Of a stretch of 64,000 nt of DNA, positions 13,460 through 26,600 are shown in pieces. The stretch lies in contig CM060732.1 of assembly GCA_030704615.1 (NCBI GenBank), positions 58,094,001 through 58,158,000 on the forward strand. Reading direction: 5' to 3'. The DNA is from Takakia lepidozioides (taxonomy: Eukaryota > Plantae > Bryophyta). A model generated the notes under the pieces. That model was not told the DNA's origin, did no database searches, and saw only the letters and a list, made by a program, of their open reading frames with translations. A program made the translations under genes and the position numbers. How positions within the stretch are numbered: position 1 is the first letter of the stretch; every line of letters starts with the position of its first letter.

Positions 13460-16400
13460 TCATGTTTCAACAGCTTCCGTAGAGGCAACTAATGGCAAGG
13501 GTGGGATGCCCTTGTGTTTTACCACAGCTAGAAGTACATGCTCAAGAGCAGCATTTACATCATCCCTATGCTGAATGAGGACCTCACTTATTTCAGCAGG
13601 TGTAATATGGGCCTCTTGCAAACCAAGTTCCACTTTCTCAAGCAGAGGATGGTACTGTATTGACAAATAGTTAGAAGCCAATACTTTGAAGGCTGGGAAG
13701 GTGCAGTAGGACATTTCAATATGCATGTCCATGCGTCCTGGTCGTAACAATGCAGCATCCAGTTTCTCGATGTGATTAGTTGTGAACACAATTATGCGCT
13801 CATCGCCACAGCATGACCATAGCCCATCGGTGAAGTTTAGGAGCCCCGAGAGCGTGATCTTACTGCTGTCGTCCTCTTCCATTCCCACTTTCTCTGTATG
13901 ATGCAACATCTTTTTCAGGTCAATGCTTTCATTCTCTTCCAATGTCAATATGTAATATCTCCGAATTTAATTTCAAATAGCTTAGTTATATTGAAAACCA
14001 CAGATTAAGAATGTGCAACTTGTGTGTGTAACTGGTCTGAGTATGCAACTATCCAGGAAACAATTCCTGATGGCAGCTAGGATCAATATTTTACCTCCAT
14101 CCACCACGATGCCCCGTCTAGCATGGCGTCTGCCAGTAAGGTTGAGGGAGCAGTCAATGTCCTCAATCACAATTATCGACTTATTGGTGGTCTGTATCAG
14201 CAACTGCCGTAGATCGGTGTTGGTCTGTACCTGTGATTTCAGTTCCACCAGATTTGCCAACTGTTAAATACAGCTAGAGAGTTTGTTGTTGTGTTGTGGG
14301 AGTAAGTAATATCACTCGAAAGTTGGACAATGCTAATCCTCTCCATCATTCTTATCAGTTTGCGCAACCAAATAATCATTCCCGAAACTTCATCCATCCG
14401 AAGCCATCCTTGGACAGCTCTCTCTTTCAGCTCTTACTCATTTGCATCACACAAAGTCATATAGCCCCAAAATTGAGAGAGGCAATGCCTCCCACATATG
14501 CACTTCGGTCACCCAGCATTGTCAGCCAGAAAACAGGGGAGGGGTAACACAGAAGGGAAAAGAGTAACACTGGCAGGGGCTTTGCGTGCAAAGCAGGCAT
14601 GCATCCCTGCCTCCGCTCTCTTCAGAGACTCCCAGTCTGGGGCAAAGGTTTCAGCTTTGAGGTCTCGCTTGAATGCATGTCTTCACACAGTGTTTATGTT
14701 TCTTGGAGTGGTTTTTTGTTGCTCTAGTTTGATCCATGGGCTCTCCTGCTCCCTTGTCAACAATATAAAGTTATTCTCTCTCTGTTTCTTTCTTTATTCT
14801 TTCCCGCTCAAACTGGGCGCGGGGTCAATGGCCACAAGGCTACGGCAAACAACGTCTTATGAGTACAATTTATTCTTTCTAAGCTCTTTGAGCTTTCTGC
14901 GGACAGTATAAAGTATCATTCATTTCTGTCTGTCTACTTCCACTGGGTTGTTCTACTGTGTCGCCTGGGTGCTCTAGCTGCAAACATTAAATTTCTCCTC
15001 TTTCTGTGTCTCTCTCTGTTCTAGTTCTTAGGTTCTGTTTTTCCTTGAGGCCCTCACTCCGTGGAGGCTGTAAAGCTTTTTTCATTCCCGGAAAACCTCT
15101 GTTTGGCCATTTTGGTCATCTATGAGTCGTTCATTGGCAAGGCCGAGGTGGCAGGGGAGTTCTCTGAAGAGGTGCCTAGCAACATCGGAAATAAGTAAGG
15201 CTGTCCAATCAGCTACTCCTATTGGGATTTACATATGGTGACACGTATTTCCTACAAAATCACCTTCGACATTTTGGAGGATTTCACAGGGACTATGTGC
15301 TGCAGGTGAACCTCAGCAAAACCAAAATCATGGTATTGAATGGCCCTGCTGATCAGACATTGATCTATACAGTCATGAGATTGAAGTGGTCACACCTTAC
15401 ACAGATACATATCTGGGAGAGGCAGATGGGATAAGCTGCAGTGTGTCAAACGCCTTTGCCCTGCTTGTAGACATGATAGGCGGGAGATTGAGGCTGAAGA
15501 ACATTTCTTCTCTCGACTGCCCTCTCTACTACAAAATCTACGCTGCTACTATTACCTAGAGGGATAGTGAATTCCAGTATTAGAGATGCCTTGCAGCATA
15601 TCTACATGAGGCTCTCCACCCCAGATCTCTTGAAGTTCAATTTCAGTTTCTGGTTGTGGTCATTCATCATCAGGGACCCAACGATTCTTGTTTCTCTGCT
15701 TTCCTTAGTCCCATAAGCTCTTAGAGGTTCCTGTAGTTATTTAATGTTTCTTTCTCTCTTTCCTTCTCTTGGGTAATGGTTTTCTTCCTTCGACAAATGC
15801 ATTCTAGTACGATATGGGACACAGTACCTGAGTGAGCTCCAGGTCGTAGATGTCATACTTAAGGTAATTTGCCATTGCAGCAATCATGCTTGATTTCCCT
15901 GTCCCTGGCGGACCGAAAAGCAAATACCCTCTCTTCCAAGCTCTGCCCACTCTCTGATAGAACATCTGGTCATCCTTAAAGGCCCTCAGATCTGCCATCA
16001 CCTTCTCCTTCAAGAAGGGATCCAACGCAAGAGTCTCAAAGGTGGAGGGATGTTTGTATGGTACAGACTCCCACAAACGCCTAGTGCCATTAGAGGAGTA
16101 GAAGTGGTGACCATTCGAATTTGTGTAGATGTTCATGTCGCGATTTCTGCCCAAGTACTCTGCAGCACTCGCCGCAATGTGGTCAAGGTATTCAGGCATC
16201 AGCTTGACCTTGTCACGCTTCCTTATTTTCAAAATATACTGCCGCCTTTCGTCGCCAAGACCACTGTGGCGGTTATGACGGTCTCGTGACACTGTGTGAG
16301 TCCACCATACCGCCATTCCCTGCAGTATTATACTCCTCACCTTAGTGTTGTGTTTTCATGTTATAGATAGGCAGTGAATTTACTGAACTCCACAGGCTTA

Positions 16401-17390
16401 TAACTCCTGTTGTTGATAAGGATGACAAAAACTAGTATAGTCTGTGCCAGAACCTGAATTGCCCTGGCACTTATGGATAGTGGGACACTGTCTGGCAGCA
16501 AACCACATGGTACAAGGTTGTCACAAACTGCAACTGTGAACAGCAACCTGATAAAATGGTAAGTGGAACCTCAGTTTCTCGGCTGTAAGTGTGACTAAAT
16601 CAATTTCATCCACACAGATTTCTCTGAACTTGCACATGTACAGAAACCTCATTGGTGGTCCTGGTTTATCTGGTGCAAATATGACTCAAAACCTAAGGTC
16701 GGGTCCCCAGTAGATTATAACCCAGTACAACTACAAGACTATAATTAGAGATGACAATTTTTCCTTGATCCAAGCTTGATCCATGCATGGCCAAAAGAGA
16801 AGAACAAGGACGCAAGCCTGAACGACAGTGCCTCATTCTTTGTTCTGCATGTGTGAAGAAGAAACCAAAATAACTGTGACCGAATACTTGTTCCAAGGTT
16901 TGTTGTGCTACTACGAGTGTGAAGAAAAAATCCAGAAGCAGGTCCCTGACACCAATGACCAGAGACTACGCACAAATGACATCATGTCCCAAGATTTTCT
17001 CTGCTGCAAGTGTAAGTGTCCAGGAAAAAGCCAAAAGCACAGCCCTGAGAGCATTCATACCTTGTAGTGATCGACTATGGAGTCATCACTGGCAAGACGA
17101 ACGGCGAGGGTCTTAGAATTCAGGGGGCGGCAGAGAGTGACGCGGGATGCTTTGCCGAACGCTTTGCAGGAGTTCAAGTGGAGCTGCGTTGCGCGGTACA
17201 GCTCGTTTACGGACGCACCATCGAATTCTGGGATGTCGTAGAAGCAAAAGGGCGTCAGCATTGCCCCGACAATTCTCTGGACCTGCCTCAGGAGTTGCTT
17301 CCCTTCTGGAGGCACCATCTGCTTAGCCAATGCAAGCATCCCCAGTAAGGGCCATGCTTGTCCCATAGCTTTCCCCATATCCGCATTCAT
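13460..17390 (-). CDS. BCS1-like plant AAA-ATPase (ASD/OM66/AATP1 family)
   Basis: Exons 17390-17061, 16319-15828, 14230-14095 and 13893-13460 splice in phase. Motifs: IPEFDG..NELY, HPSTFETLA, WKRGYLLFGPPGTGKSS (Walker A), IIVIEDIDC (Walker B), TLSGLLNFTDGLWS, ALLRPGRMDMHI. Confidence 0.93.
14800..14926 (+). mobile_element. Adjacent 3' tails of LINE family B (14800-14870) and family A (14881-14926) in an AAA-ATPase intron
   Basis: GGGGTCAATGGCCACAAGGCTACGGCAAACAACGTCTTATGAGTACA is followed by AAGCTCTTTGAG...GCGGACAGTATAAAGTATCATTCATTTC, which matches 60588-60640. Confidence 0.6.
15225..15720 (+). mobile_element. Degraded LINE family A fragment (RT C-terminus plus 3' end)
   Basis: LQVNLSKTKIMV-like RT end, a GAAGAACATTTCTTC...TGCCCTCTCTAC zinc-knuckle remnant and the GTCCCATAAGCTCT 3' motif. 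Confidence 0.6.
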
Positions 17391-18367
17391 TGTAGTGTTT
17401 CTCCGTGTTTTCTCTAGACCTGTGACTGCTTCTTCTCCCTCACTCCCTGGGCCAAACCTGAGGTGAACACGCCAGATTACGATTGCGAGGTTGCTCCTCT
17501 CTTTTTATACCCTGCCTCAACCCGCAGAACCCAATTTGAGTTCGCCCCTAGCGGTTGCCTCTTCTGCCTGTGGCCTCTTCATGCTCGGCCTCCACCCATT
17601 TGGCGAAATTGGAGAATGCGAACGATTAACCCTGCGTCCTCTTTAAATAAGGCCTCCACCCACATGGACACGTTTGAGACGATCGACCCCGCTGCAAGTG
17701 AAAGCCTTTGTGTACTTTCTACGACACTCTCGTCAGTACAAGAATTGGATACCGTTCATCTCACCTCCGATCTAAAGGCTTGCCACGTAACTGGCAATTA
17801 CTAGATCATTGTCCATCCAAAAATTTCCTCCCCCACGATCGTGCTCCAAATATCCCACCCCAGTTAGGCAAGTCTATCTCTCTACAAATACCCCGTTGAA
17901 TCAATGTAAATTCTACACATCTGAGCAGAACTAAATAAACTCCCCACATTCACTCACTCTTTGCCAACCGGAAAGAGCATCGAGGGCATTCCACCTACCG
18001 ATCACAGCACTCGATCACAGTCCAGAAGCTCTTTCAGAACTCCTCAAGAGCTGCTAATTTCAGCACTGCCTGTGCGGAAATATATAGCAGCAAAGGGCGG
18101 GGCCCCACACAGCGGTGCACGGCAGCCATGGGACCCTCCAGCGGTAGCTAAGTAGCTCAAGTCGTCTCTCTCCTCCTGACATTCAGCCGGTTCCCCCTTC
18201 ACTCTTACCGGGCAGTGCCGGTAACAAACCGACTGCCAGTATCCTCGCTATGGATGAACGTTATTCACCTGATCTTTATATTTCTAACATCTACGAATGG
18301 CATCCAAAAAGTGGCCCGGCGAGGCTGTCGGTATGTGCGGCTCTAACCCACTGCTACCGGTCGCAAA

Positions 18368-18667
18368 GGCGCACATTAGAAAAGGCCCGGGAGTTTAATG
18401 CGACCCCTTCGATCCTGCCTGCGTGGCACACCCCGCCACCAGCCGCACCCCCTTCGCCGGCTCCTGCGCGGCTCGCGGTCGCTGCGCCCCGGCGCCCCCT
18501 CGCCCCCGCGCCACCCCGCCCCTCAGCCCCCCCCATCCCCCCCCCGCCCGCCCTCCCCGCCCCCGCCACCCCGCCCCGCCCCGCCCCCCGCCATCCGGCC
18601 GTCACCACACCACATGAACTCTGTGGCACATGACACCTGTCACCACAACCCAACATCGCGCGCGGGA
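18368..18667 (+). repeat. Left terminal inverted repeat of the MULE
   Basis: Reverse complement of 40197-40490. The ends are highly similar; the C-rich core differs in length. Confidence 0.95.
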
Positions 18668-19277
18668 TTAGCACATGACTCGGGTGGATCGGATGTAACA
18701 TGATCCATGTGTTGTAATCACCCATGATGATGGACAGCTTGACATGACAGGATGTGACACATACTCATATATGGCCGTAGGGAGATCGCGATGATCATGC
18801 TTTCGTGCTTTTTGCGTCCCGTTCGCACGCACATGGTGGACCTGTCGATTCGAATGCGGCCCCTCAGCTGTCACTCCCCACGTCGATGCTTGATTGATTT
18901 AATTCATGACAGCCACAGGACAGGTTTTCCAAGCTTCCTGGCGTTTGCATGGCCCGAAATGTATGATCCCGGCAGAAGCGGTGTTACAAGCACTTCCTTG
19001 AGGAGTATGCATCGCGGCTATTATAAACTGTTGACTGAGCTGTGGCGGTGAAGCGATTACTCATTCGACTTGAGTATAGGGTTTCTTTTTGGAGAATTTG
19101 GAAGTCATTCGTGTGATTTGCAGCTATTTTCTTCCTCTTGCTTGCCATTTCTGTCTGTTGCAGTCCATTTGCGTGCTTCATGTTTTAGTTTGAGTTCTTG
19201 CTTTCACATTCCAGCAACCTTTGCTCTGCTGGAGGATTCTTCAGGAGGAGGGTAGTGGATTTGGAGTGGGCGCCGAT

Positions 19278-22200
19278 ATGGTGAAACAATCCTCCATGTG
19301 CGAAGCGCGTCGGACGTACAATGAAACGTATGACTCTGATGAGTGGGAAAATCTCATATGCGAGGCTCACTCAGAGGCAAGGGTTGAGGAGCCCGGTGAT
19401 GATAATAGGAAGCCATTCAAGTGTATCCACTGTCTTAAGCAATATAAAGATAAGAAGAAACTTAACATTCACAGGATAAATGGCTGTGATGCTGCTGTAG
19501 GAAAGGGTGGGCCTAAACTGAAAATGTACCCTATTTTTTAAAAGAGGCAGAGGCACATCATGGAGGCTGTTCTTAGTAAGCACGGGATGAAGCCTCCTTC
19601 TTGCAAGTTGATGAAGACGAGGGTAGAATGCGAGGAGACGACGGCAGAAGAGACTACACGAAACCTAAGCGCAGGAAGCACACGAGTCTTCGGAAGGAGC
19701 CGGGAGTGGACCTTGATGATGATGATGACGATGACGATTTCTAGTTACAGGACGCACCACCTGCGCTGCCATAGCAGACTGTTAGACCTCAGCGCATTCG
19801 AAAGGACTCATTGGACGCACCTCTGCCATCACAGGAAAGTCTTCCATCAGAGCGCATTGTAAAGTCTACGTTTGTAGGACCTCATGCCGTGCCGCAGCAA
19901 AGTCTTCGACCCGAAGTGCACGTTGGAGTTGCATCTTCAGGTAGACAAGATGGCAGACCTCCAGTGCACATTCTGAAGTCCACACCCCATGCACCGCTAA
20001 GTAGAGAAGAGGCCAGGGAAGGCTTTGTCAAGGCGTCGTTGCTACTGACCTCGGATATTGTTGTGCCTCCCATACCCGCACCTGTTTCATGCCCAGGACT
20101 GACCTATCTGATGAAGTTCGACTTGTTGCCTGACGGATTTCCATCTCTGGACGAGCCTTCTTTTCTCAATCATCTTGTGGCTCTTATTGGGAAATTTGAG
20201 TTCGGGGACCAAATGATGGGCAACGCTTTTGGTCAATGGTGGCTTAAACGACGGGTAACACACCTTCTTCTTGGCCTGCACCTTCATGGTCACAACTCCT
20301 TCTTTGATTATGCATGTCTTTGCATTTTGTCTGCAGTTGCCTTTCAAGTTTAGGGTTTTTGGTTAGTCTTCCTCTATTACTGACCAGCTCCATGACTCTG
20401 CAATGGCGGGGGAGCAGTTTGATGCACCTCCAGAGGAGAAGACAGCTGTGGAAAATGTGGTGGACTTATTTGCCATACGTCCTGGAGTAACTCGTGACCA
20501 TCCCGCTCAGTTGGCGGAATGCTAACTGGTGATGGCACATCACAAGTATGCCATGGCATTGCTGGATTTCGAAATGAAAGGATTTGCAGCCCAGTCTGAG
20601 TTGGAGGCTCGTAGAAGGCAGTTTGTTGACGACAACACCCTCTGTACCAAATTGTTGCAGCAGGTGAGATCCCTGAGTTACCCCCCCCATATGTTCACAC
20701 ATTCTGAGGATGAATCTGATAGGTTGATGGTCATTCTTGAGGCTGCTCGCCACCACGCTCCACCTCCAAACATTCCGCTTTTCAGCAGGGTGTTCCGTCA
20801 GGTTTGGATGTCTCACGTTCACAACATGAAACCTATGTCAATTCCCCAATACTCCATCTTGTTAACTCTGCGAAATCATCTTCTCAACACAGAAGATGGC
20901 CAGTGTGCCATTACAAATGTGGGTGAGAATTTCCTGGAGATTGGATACTTCCTATACAGAGGCATGCCCCCATACGAGGAAGCCCAAACCCAGGTGTGTG
21001 AAGGACTTGCAGCCCTTCGGGGAGTGCAGAAAGAGGACTGCAAACACCTTTTTGAAGATCTGCATGGTTTCATGCGCGAGGTCCGATGCAGGGCTGTGCG
21101 TGACCTCGCCGTTCTGAATCCTATTGCCTTCAGAATATTGTGGTGTGGGAGTATACCAACTGATGGTGCAGGGGGCAAGAAAAAAGCCTTGAAGGACTTC
21201 AATGACATTTTGAGGCATTGGGAGGATGTCGAGATGGGCTGGCTTCCTTGTCCACCAGGTGTGTATTGCCCTTACCATGGTTCGTGCTACTGCATTTCAG
21301 TTCCTGGTGGTTCTTAACAATGTCCCTGGTGTTGTTCTCATTTCATTTCTTGTCACGGCCACATTTTCACAATGTCGATGTTGGTGTGCAGGCTGTCTTG
21401 ACTACAGGGAATCCAGCCTACATGACAAACTTGAGGCTGCTCAACAAATCCTCCATGAGGTCCACATTGAGAGGCTCCCAAGGGATGAGGCACGTTTCTG
21501 CATTGCCAAGTGTGGACATAAGGAGACGGTTGTCCCTGAACCGCAGTCAAGCACACTCGTTCACCTGAGTACAAAATACAAACATGGGGGCACTCATTTT
21601 GGCCGCTAACATGGCATGCAATTCCACACCTTCTGATGAGGCCAACAATGTCGTGGTAGAACATGTGTTGTCGGATCCTGTCTTCCCTCAGGCCCAAACG
21701 ATCCTGCCTGCTGAAGAAACTTGTGGCGACATACAGTGCCCACAACCAGGTCCCATGACTCAACTTGAAATGGAACTAAGCGCCACTCAAGTATTTCTTG
21801 GATTGTGTCAACCGCCTCCCCCTATGGCCTCTTTCACTTCAGAACAAACCCTCTGTGACATAACTGAGTTCCAAAGTCCACCACCCCTTAATATGCGATG
21901 TCCCACTGATGAGGGTGCTATTGTACATGCAGTAAGCACTGTCGGATCTTCCGTGACCCCAGCTAACTCAATGCTTAAACATGGGACAGAGCCTCCCACC
22001 CCCAATGCGATGGTTCTCGCACTGCCTTCGCCCATGCGACCTTACCACATCTTGTTTGATGGTGCTGATACACCTCACAGTACAGAGGCTACTACACGAT
22101 TTCCTGGTGATGTACATGGCAGCGTCCGGGCAATGAATAAAAATGCAACCACTGCCACCTTTGCCAAACCCAAGCCCATCCATACCATGGTTGCTGCCAA

Positions 22201-23686
22201 GGCAAAGGATGCGTTGCCCCAACCAGCACTTGCATTAAACCATGTCTAGGTATCCAGTGCCATTGTGGTTTTTTAAATGTTAACGGTCTCTCCTCTCTAG
22301 ATTGGAAATGGTGTATGTACGACGTTGCACATGCATTGACATATTGGGCTCCTGGATGTGCAGGATACATGAAGGCCTCGAAAACGTATTGTGAGTTGCG
22401 ACGCATGTGCACCCTTTTTCATGCATGATATGGTATACCTTCCATCCACAGTTTGCAAGTGGCCCGCATGTGCATAATTATGTGGGCGGATTTTCATAGC
22501 AATGAGATATGTGCCTTTTTTGCAGGCGGGCCAATGGTGCAGTGGTGGCAAAAACACATGACATATGGTTTTTGAAGGGCTCTCGGGTTTCGCAAGTTCC
22601 TCTTAGACTAGAAGATGCAGATGACTTGCTCTCTGCAAGGGGGTGGATTAGTGACCGTCTAATGGACTTCTGGGTGTCAGTTAAATTACTGTCTCTTCCT
22701 GAACATGTGTGCAATAAAATCCGTGTTGTAGATAGCTTCACATGGATATGCCTTCCTGATCATTGTGCAAAGCAGGCAAATCAAGTTGACTTTGTGCGGA
22801 TTTGGATGCAAAGACAGTTCCCCTTCTTCAGGATGAAGGTGTTGAAGCCCTTATTGTGCCAATTTTATGCAAGTGAGTACAATGTGTATGCATTTCTACC
22901 TTCTTGATGCCGTACCTTTGAAGAAGGCCGTGCTCCATTGCTACATGTGGACTAACCTGTTGTTTGTTGCCCCCCTGTGCAGTGACCATTGGAATCTAGT
23001 TATCTTGGAACCGTCTCGCTACCTTCACTTGAATAGCATAAGAAGTTTGCACAAGTACCATGCTTTCAAGCCATTGTTTGCTACTTTCTGGGCCATGGTC
23101 AGAGGAATCAGCCCTGAAAGCCCCCAGTGGAAGGATGCAACTGACCTCAAGTGGTGGTTCTGCCCACCTGTTCCACAACAGGCCAACACATGGCAGTGTG
23201 GTTTGTTTGTAGCTCATTACATTGAGCTGTACTTAGTGCAAACGTACTTGAATCCACAACCTGGTGGTGCAGGCCCGGTAAGAGGCAGCTGCTCGTGGTT
23301 TACATGATCATTTGCCGCCTATTTTAGTTGTGGACGTTCATGTGCTCGCGCAATGTGCTGAATCCATGTATCAGGTAGAATGAACATGAATATCCTTATG
23401 AAAATTGTATGAATTTCTAACAATGATCATTGTTTGTTCATTGTTTGCTTTTGCATTCTTTGTTCTTCTTTCTTTGCAGCTCACATCAGACTAGTTCCCT
23501 ACTGAGGCCGTGCACGATAAAAGGTATGAACTTCAAGACATTATTTTGCACGAGCTTGACGGTCACCCGAGCCTCCATATGCAGTGTCCAAACCCCCACA
23601 CAAAGTTGGAGATTGCAGCAGCCCTCTCCTCCCTGTGGCCACCACTCCAGCTCCCCTCACACGCAGACGGTGTAAACGAGCCTTGA
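19278..23686 (+). pseudogene. MULE cargo gene: N-terminal C2HC/C2H2-like zinc finger, unknown middle region and C-terminal Ulp1-like (peptidase C48) SUMO-protease domain; multi-exon, decayed
   Basis: KPFKCIHCLKQYKDKKKLNIHRINGC near 19410-19490. Ulp1 hallmarks: GWISDRLMDFW, VVDSFTW, SDHWNLVIL (His 22987), LNS (Asp>Asn), VPQQANTWQCGLFV (Cys 23197), and a last exon LTSD*FPTEAVHDKRYELQDII. Several in-frame stops and frameshifts. Confidence 0.8.
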
Positions 23687-24179
23687 AGAAAGTCGGCAAA
23701 GCGTTGTGACATTGGATACAATTGGCTACAGAAAGTATTATTTATTAATTGTCTACCTTTCTGCGTTGATTTTTGTGGTCTTTTGCTTCCCACAACTGTG
23801 TCTTATTCTTTTTACAGGCAGCACATTTTCGACCGTCAGTGCACGTTCTCTGCTTTGTTTTGCAAGTTCACTTCAGTCCCTCTTTCCTACCCCCAGTCAG
23901 CCCTTCTCTACATTGGGGTATGCTATTTCGGGGTGTCTCTTCCTTCTCTCTAATGTTTTCGATTCAAGGGCATGTTGTTCAACATGATGGCAGCCAATGG
24001 GATCCCCCACAATATTAACACGTTCACTTCACAGTGTCACATTACTGTTCCGTTTCCTTGCTTACATGTATTGTGCAGTGACATAATGCCCAATACTGAA
24101 GACTATGACTGTTTCAACAAGTATATGTTGAGAAGCACTGGTAACTGGGGTATTTCAAAGTAGCTCCCTACATGCAACA

Positions 24180-25490
24180 CATGCCTACATTGCATATACA
24201 AGCAAGCCAGGAACTGCATGTAAAGGAAATTGGTAACACATGCACATACCATTCCATGCAACAATCGTAAATGGGCACAATGCACACCCCAGTGCAATCA
24301 GTCTTCAAGTCAATCACATGAATGTTATCGTGCTGGTACCAGTGTGGCAATTGGTCTCTCAGCAATGATATTTAATATAACTCGTGCCAAGCACCTGTGC
24401 TCTACACGCCACGAGGTCCAGTGTGTTGCACAATGGTGAATCAACGAAGTGTACAGGGTTCTCTATGCGTGCCATTCGGATTTCCATAGTGATATATACA
24501 CAGAGGGCACCTGATATCAGGCTCGGAAATAAACTCCACAACAGCATGATGGTTGTCTATAATGCGCACCAACCGTGATTGCACCAACATACGAAATTCG
24601 GGACGTTGTGGTCCATACATTTCCATGTCTATGGCACAATGTTTGAACACATGGGCCTCTCCATCCCCCATCTCTCTTTGCCGTTGTCTTTCATTCAAAC
24701 ACATGAAAGGATTGAAAATGGTGATGTTTCCTCTCCTCGTATACCTGCTCTCCTCCATCTTCACCGAAGCCTGTGCACTTCTCTAGAACAATGGTGCCCG
24801 TCAACCAAAAAAAAAAAAACTGTTCAAATGTCCTTTCATACTTTGGCCCCAATTTGTACCCATCCCTATCTCCCAATGAATATACACTTCTTCTACTTCA
24901 TCCACTTATGTGTTCTGATTTCAGGGTGCACAAATGCAAGCCTGCCTTGCTAGCATCATGGGAGCTGCAAAATCATTCCTTCTGAATTTATAACTTCCCA
25001 TGTGACCTGTATGTAGAAGGGTAAGTGACACATAAGAAACGTCCCTTCCCTTCTGCTAATTGCTTTAGGCCAATTGAATGTAATCTTGAAGGTATCACCC
25101 CAGGTAAGGAAGATTACGAAAGCAAACAATATTATGCATAAATGCCTATTGGTTTCATATGCATTTAATTAAATCTCAGCAAGTTCTGTGTGAACATATG
25201 GATGACTGTGGGTTGAAGGGTGCCTTTACCAACTGTCAGGTACCCTTCATAATTGAATTTCACTTCACCCACAGCCCTCTTGAAGCTGGGGGACAAACAC
25301 ATGCAATCAGACCACACCATGCTTGCTTCAGCAGCATTTGTTCAAATCTTCAGCATGGAACATGCACATTTGCATGCATGCCCCTTATGCAATTTTGGTG
25401 CAAACGAGGCAGTACTGAACGACCAAGCAGTTCCTCTAGTTCAGCAATACTTATGAACTGCCCCACAAAATCCAGCCTCAGTTTTTGAAA
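24180..25490 (-). pseudogene. Frameshifted coding remnants of unknown function inside the MULE
   Basis: Overlapping minus-strand ORFs (24441-24764, 24359-24547, 24168-24365) join into a protein-like sequence. No recognisable domain. Confidence 0.3.
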
Positions 25491-25606
25491 GAGCAAACAC
25501 ATGCACTCAATTGGATCCCCACCTTAAGCCGCCGACCGTGTCTTCTATGAAGCATTGTCAATTACTTCTCAGATTTTGGCATGGACGATCCTGCCCCACC
25601 TACAAG

Positions 25607-26600
25607 CTAAGCTAAGAGGGCTGGACTGACTCTAAGAGCACCCAAGTCTGGCACCAGCTCATCCATGGCAAAAGTCTCATCGATGTCGGTTTTGTCGATC
25701 AAAAAAGCAGTAGTGGGAATGAGCCCCAACGACCAACTAACACTATGCTCTCCTCTCTCAACCCTATACTGCTTCTTTAGTCGCACTGTAAAGCTACCCT
25801 TCACCATCACGTTAGTTTTTATACCAGCGAGGGCTTCTTCAGGTCCACAATGGGGACCTTGGATAGGAACCCGGTCTCGTCTGCCTCCACAATGTTGAAG
25901 ATCTTCTGAGGACTCCGCATGTTCACCTCCAACCACAAGTACTCCCTAGAAATCCGAGCCTTCGTGGTTGTGTCCACATGAAATCCTTTTACCTGTGCAG
26001 CACATGCAATCACATTCCAAATACACAAAGGAACCCCCATAGTAACATATTGCATAGCATATAACTTTGGGGCATTCGGCTTGTACAAAAACACTATTCC
26101 TTCCAGACACACTGATTTCTCCATGCTGGAACCAAACAAAATGTTTGCAACGATAGTGCGTATCCCTGCCAATCGTGGCTGCAGCACATCCGAGATATCG
26201 CGGGGATCTTCAATGGCAACTTCAATAAGACTGCCATTCGTACCTGAATAGTATGCCATGACCTGAGTTCGTAATGAAAAGCAGCCCAAAGGAAGTTGGA
26301 AACCCCGGTACCAAAAACAAACGCCCTGAAATGTGTCTGCCTTTGCCCAAACTTAAGCACGAGTGTGCTTTTTCAGTTGTGACTTAAGCTGCGATTGAAC
26401 ATATGCTAGTTTAAATGCGGTCTGCCAGGACACCAACGACTAGAGCTACGAAACCGCCAACCCTGCTACACTGCCACCCTCGGCCCAGACCGATTGGGAA
26501 AGCATTCATCAACATTCCGAAAGCAAAATCTTCATGAGGACGCTTAACCAGCAAACGTCTCGAACGAGTGAGGTTCACCTCCACTGTATACTGCCTCCTT
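25607..26600 (-). pseudogene. Decayed MULE cargo gene; beta-rich, possibly OB-fold/ssDNA-binding-like
   Basis: ORFs 26094-26360, 25819-26289 and 25607-25936 join across frameshifts. The C-terminus ...VMVKGSFTVRLKK...SWSLGLIPTTAFLID is followed by the acidic segment KTDIDETFAMDE. Confidence 0.4.

Noticed and set aside
18250-18725. Pro-rich and Gly-rich ORFs at both MULE ends (also 40155-40498)
   Set aside because: Translations of the GC-rich TIRs.
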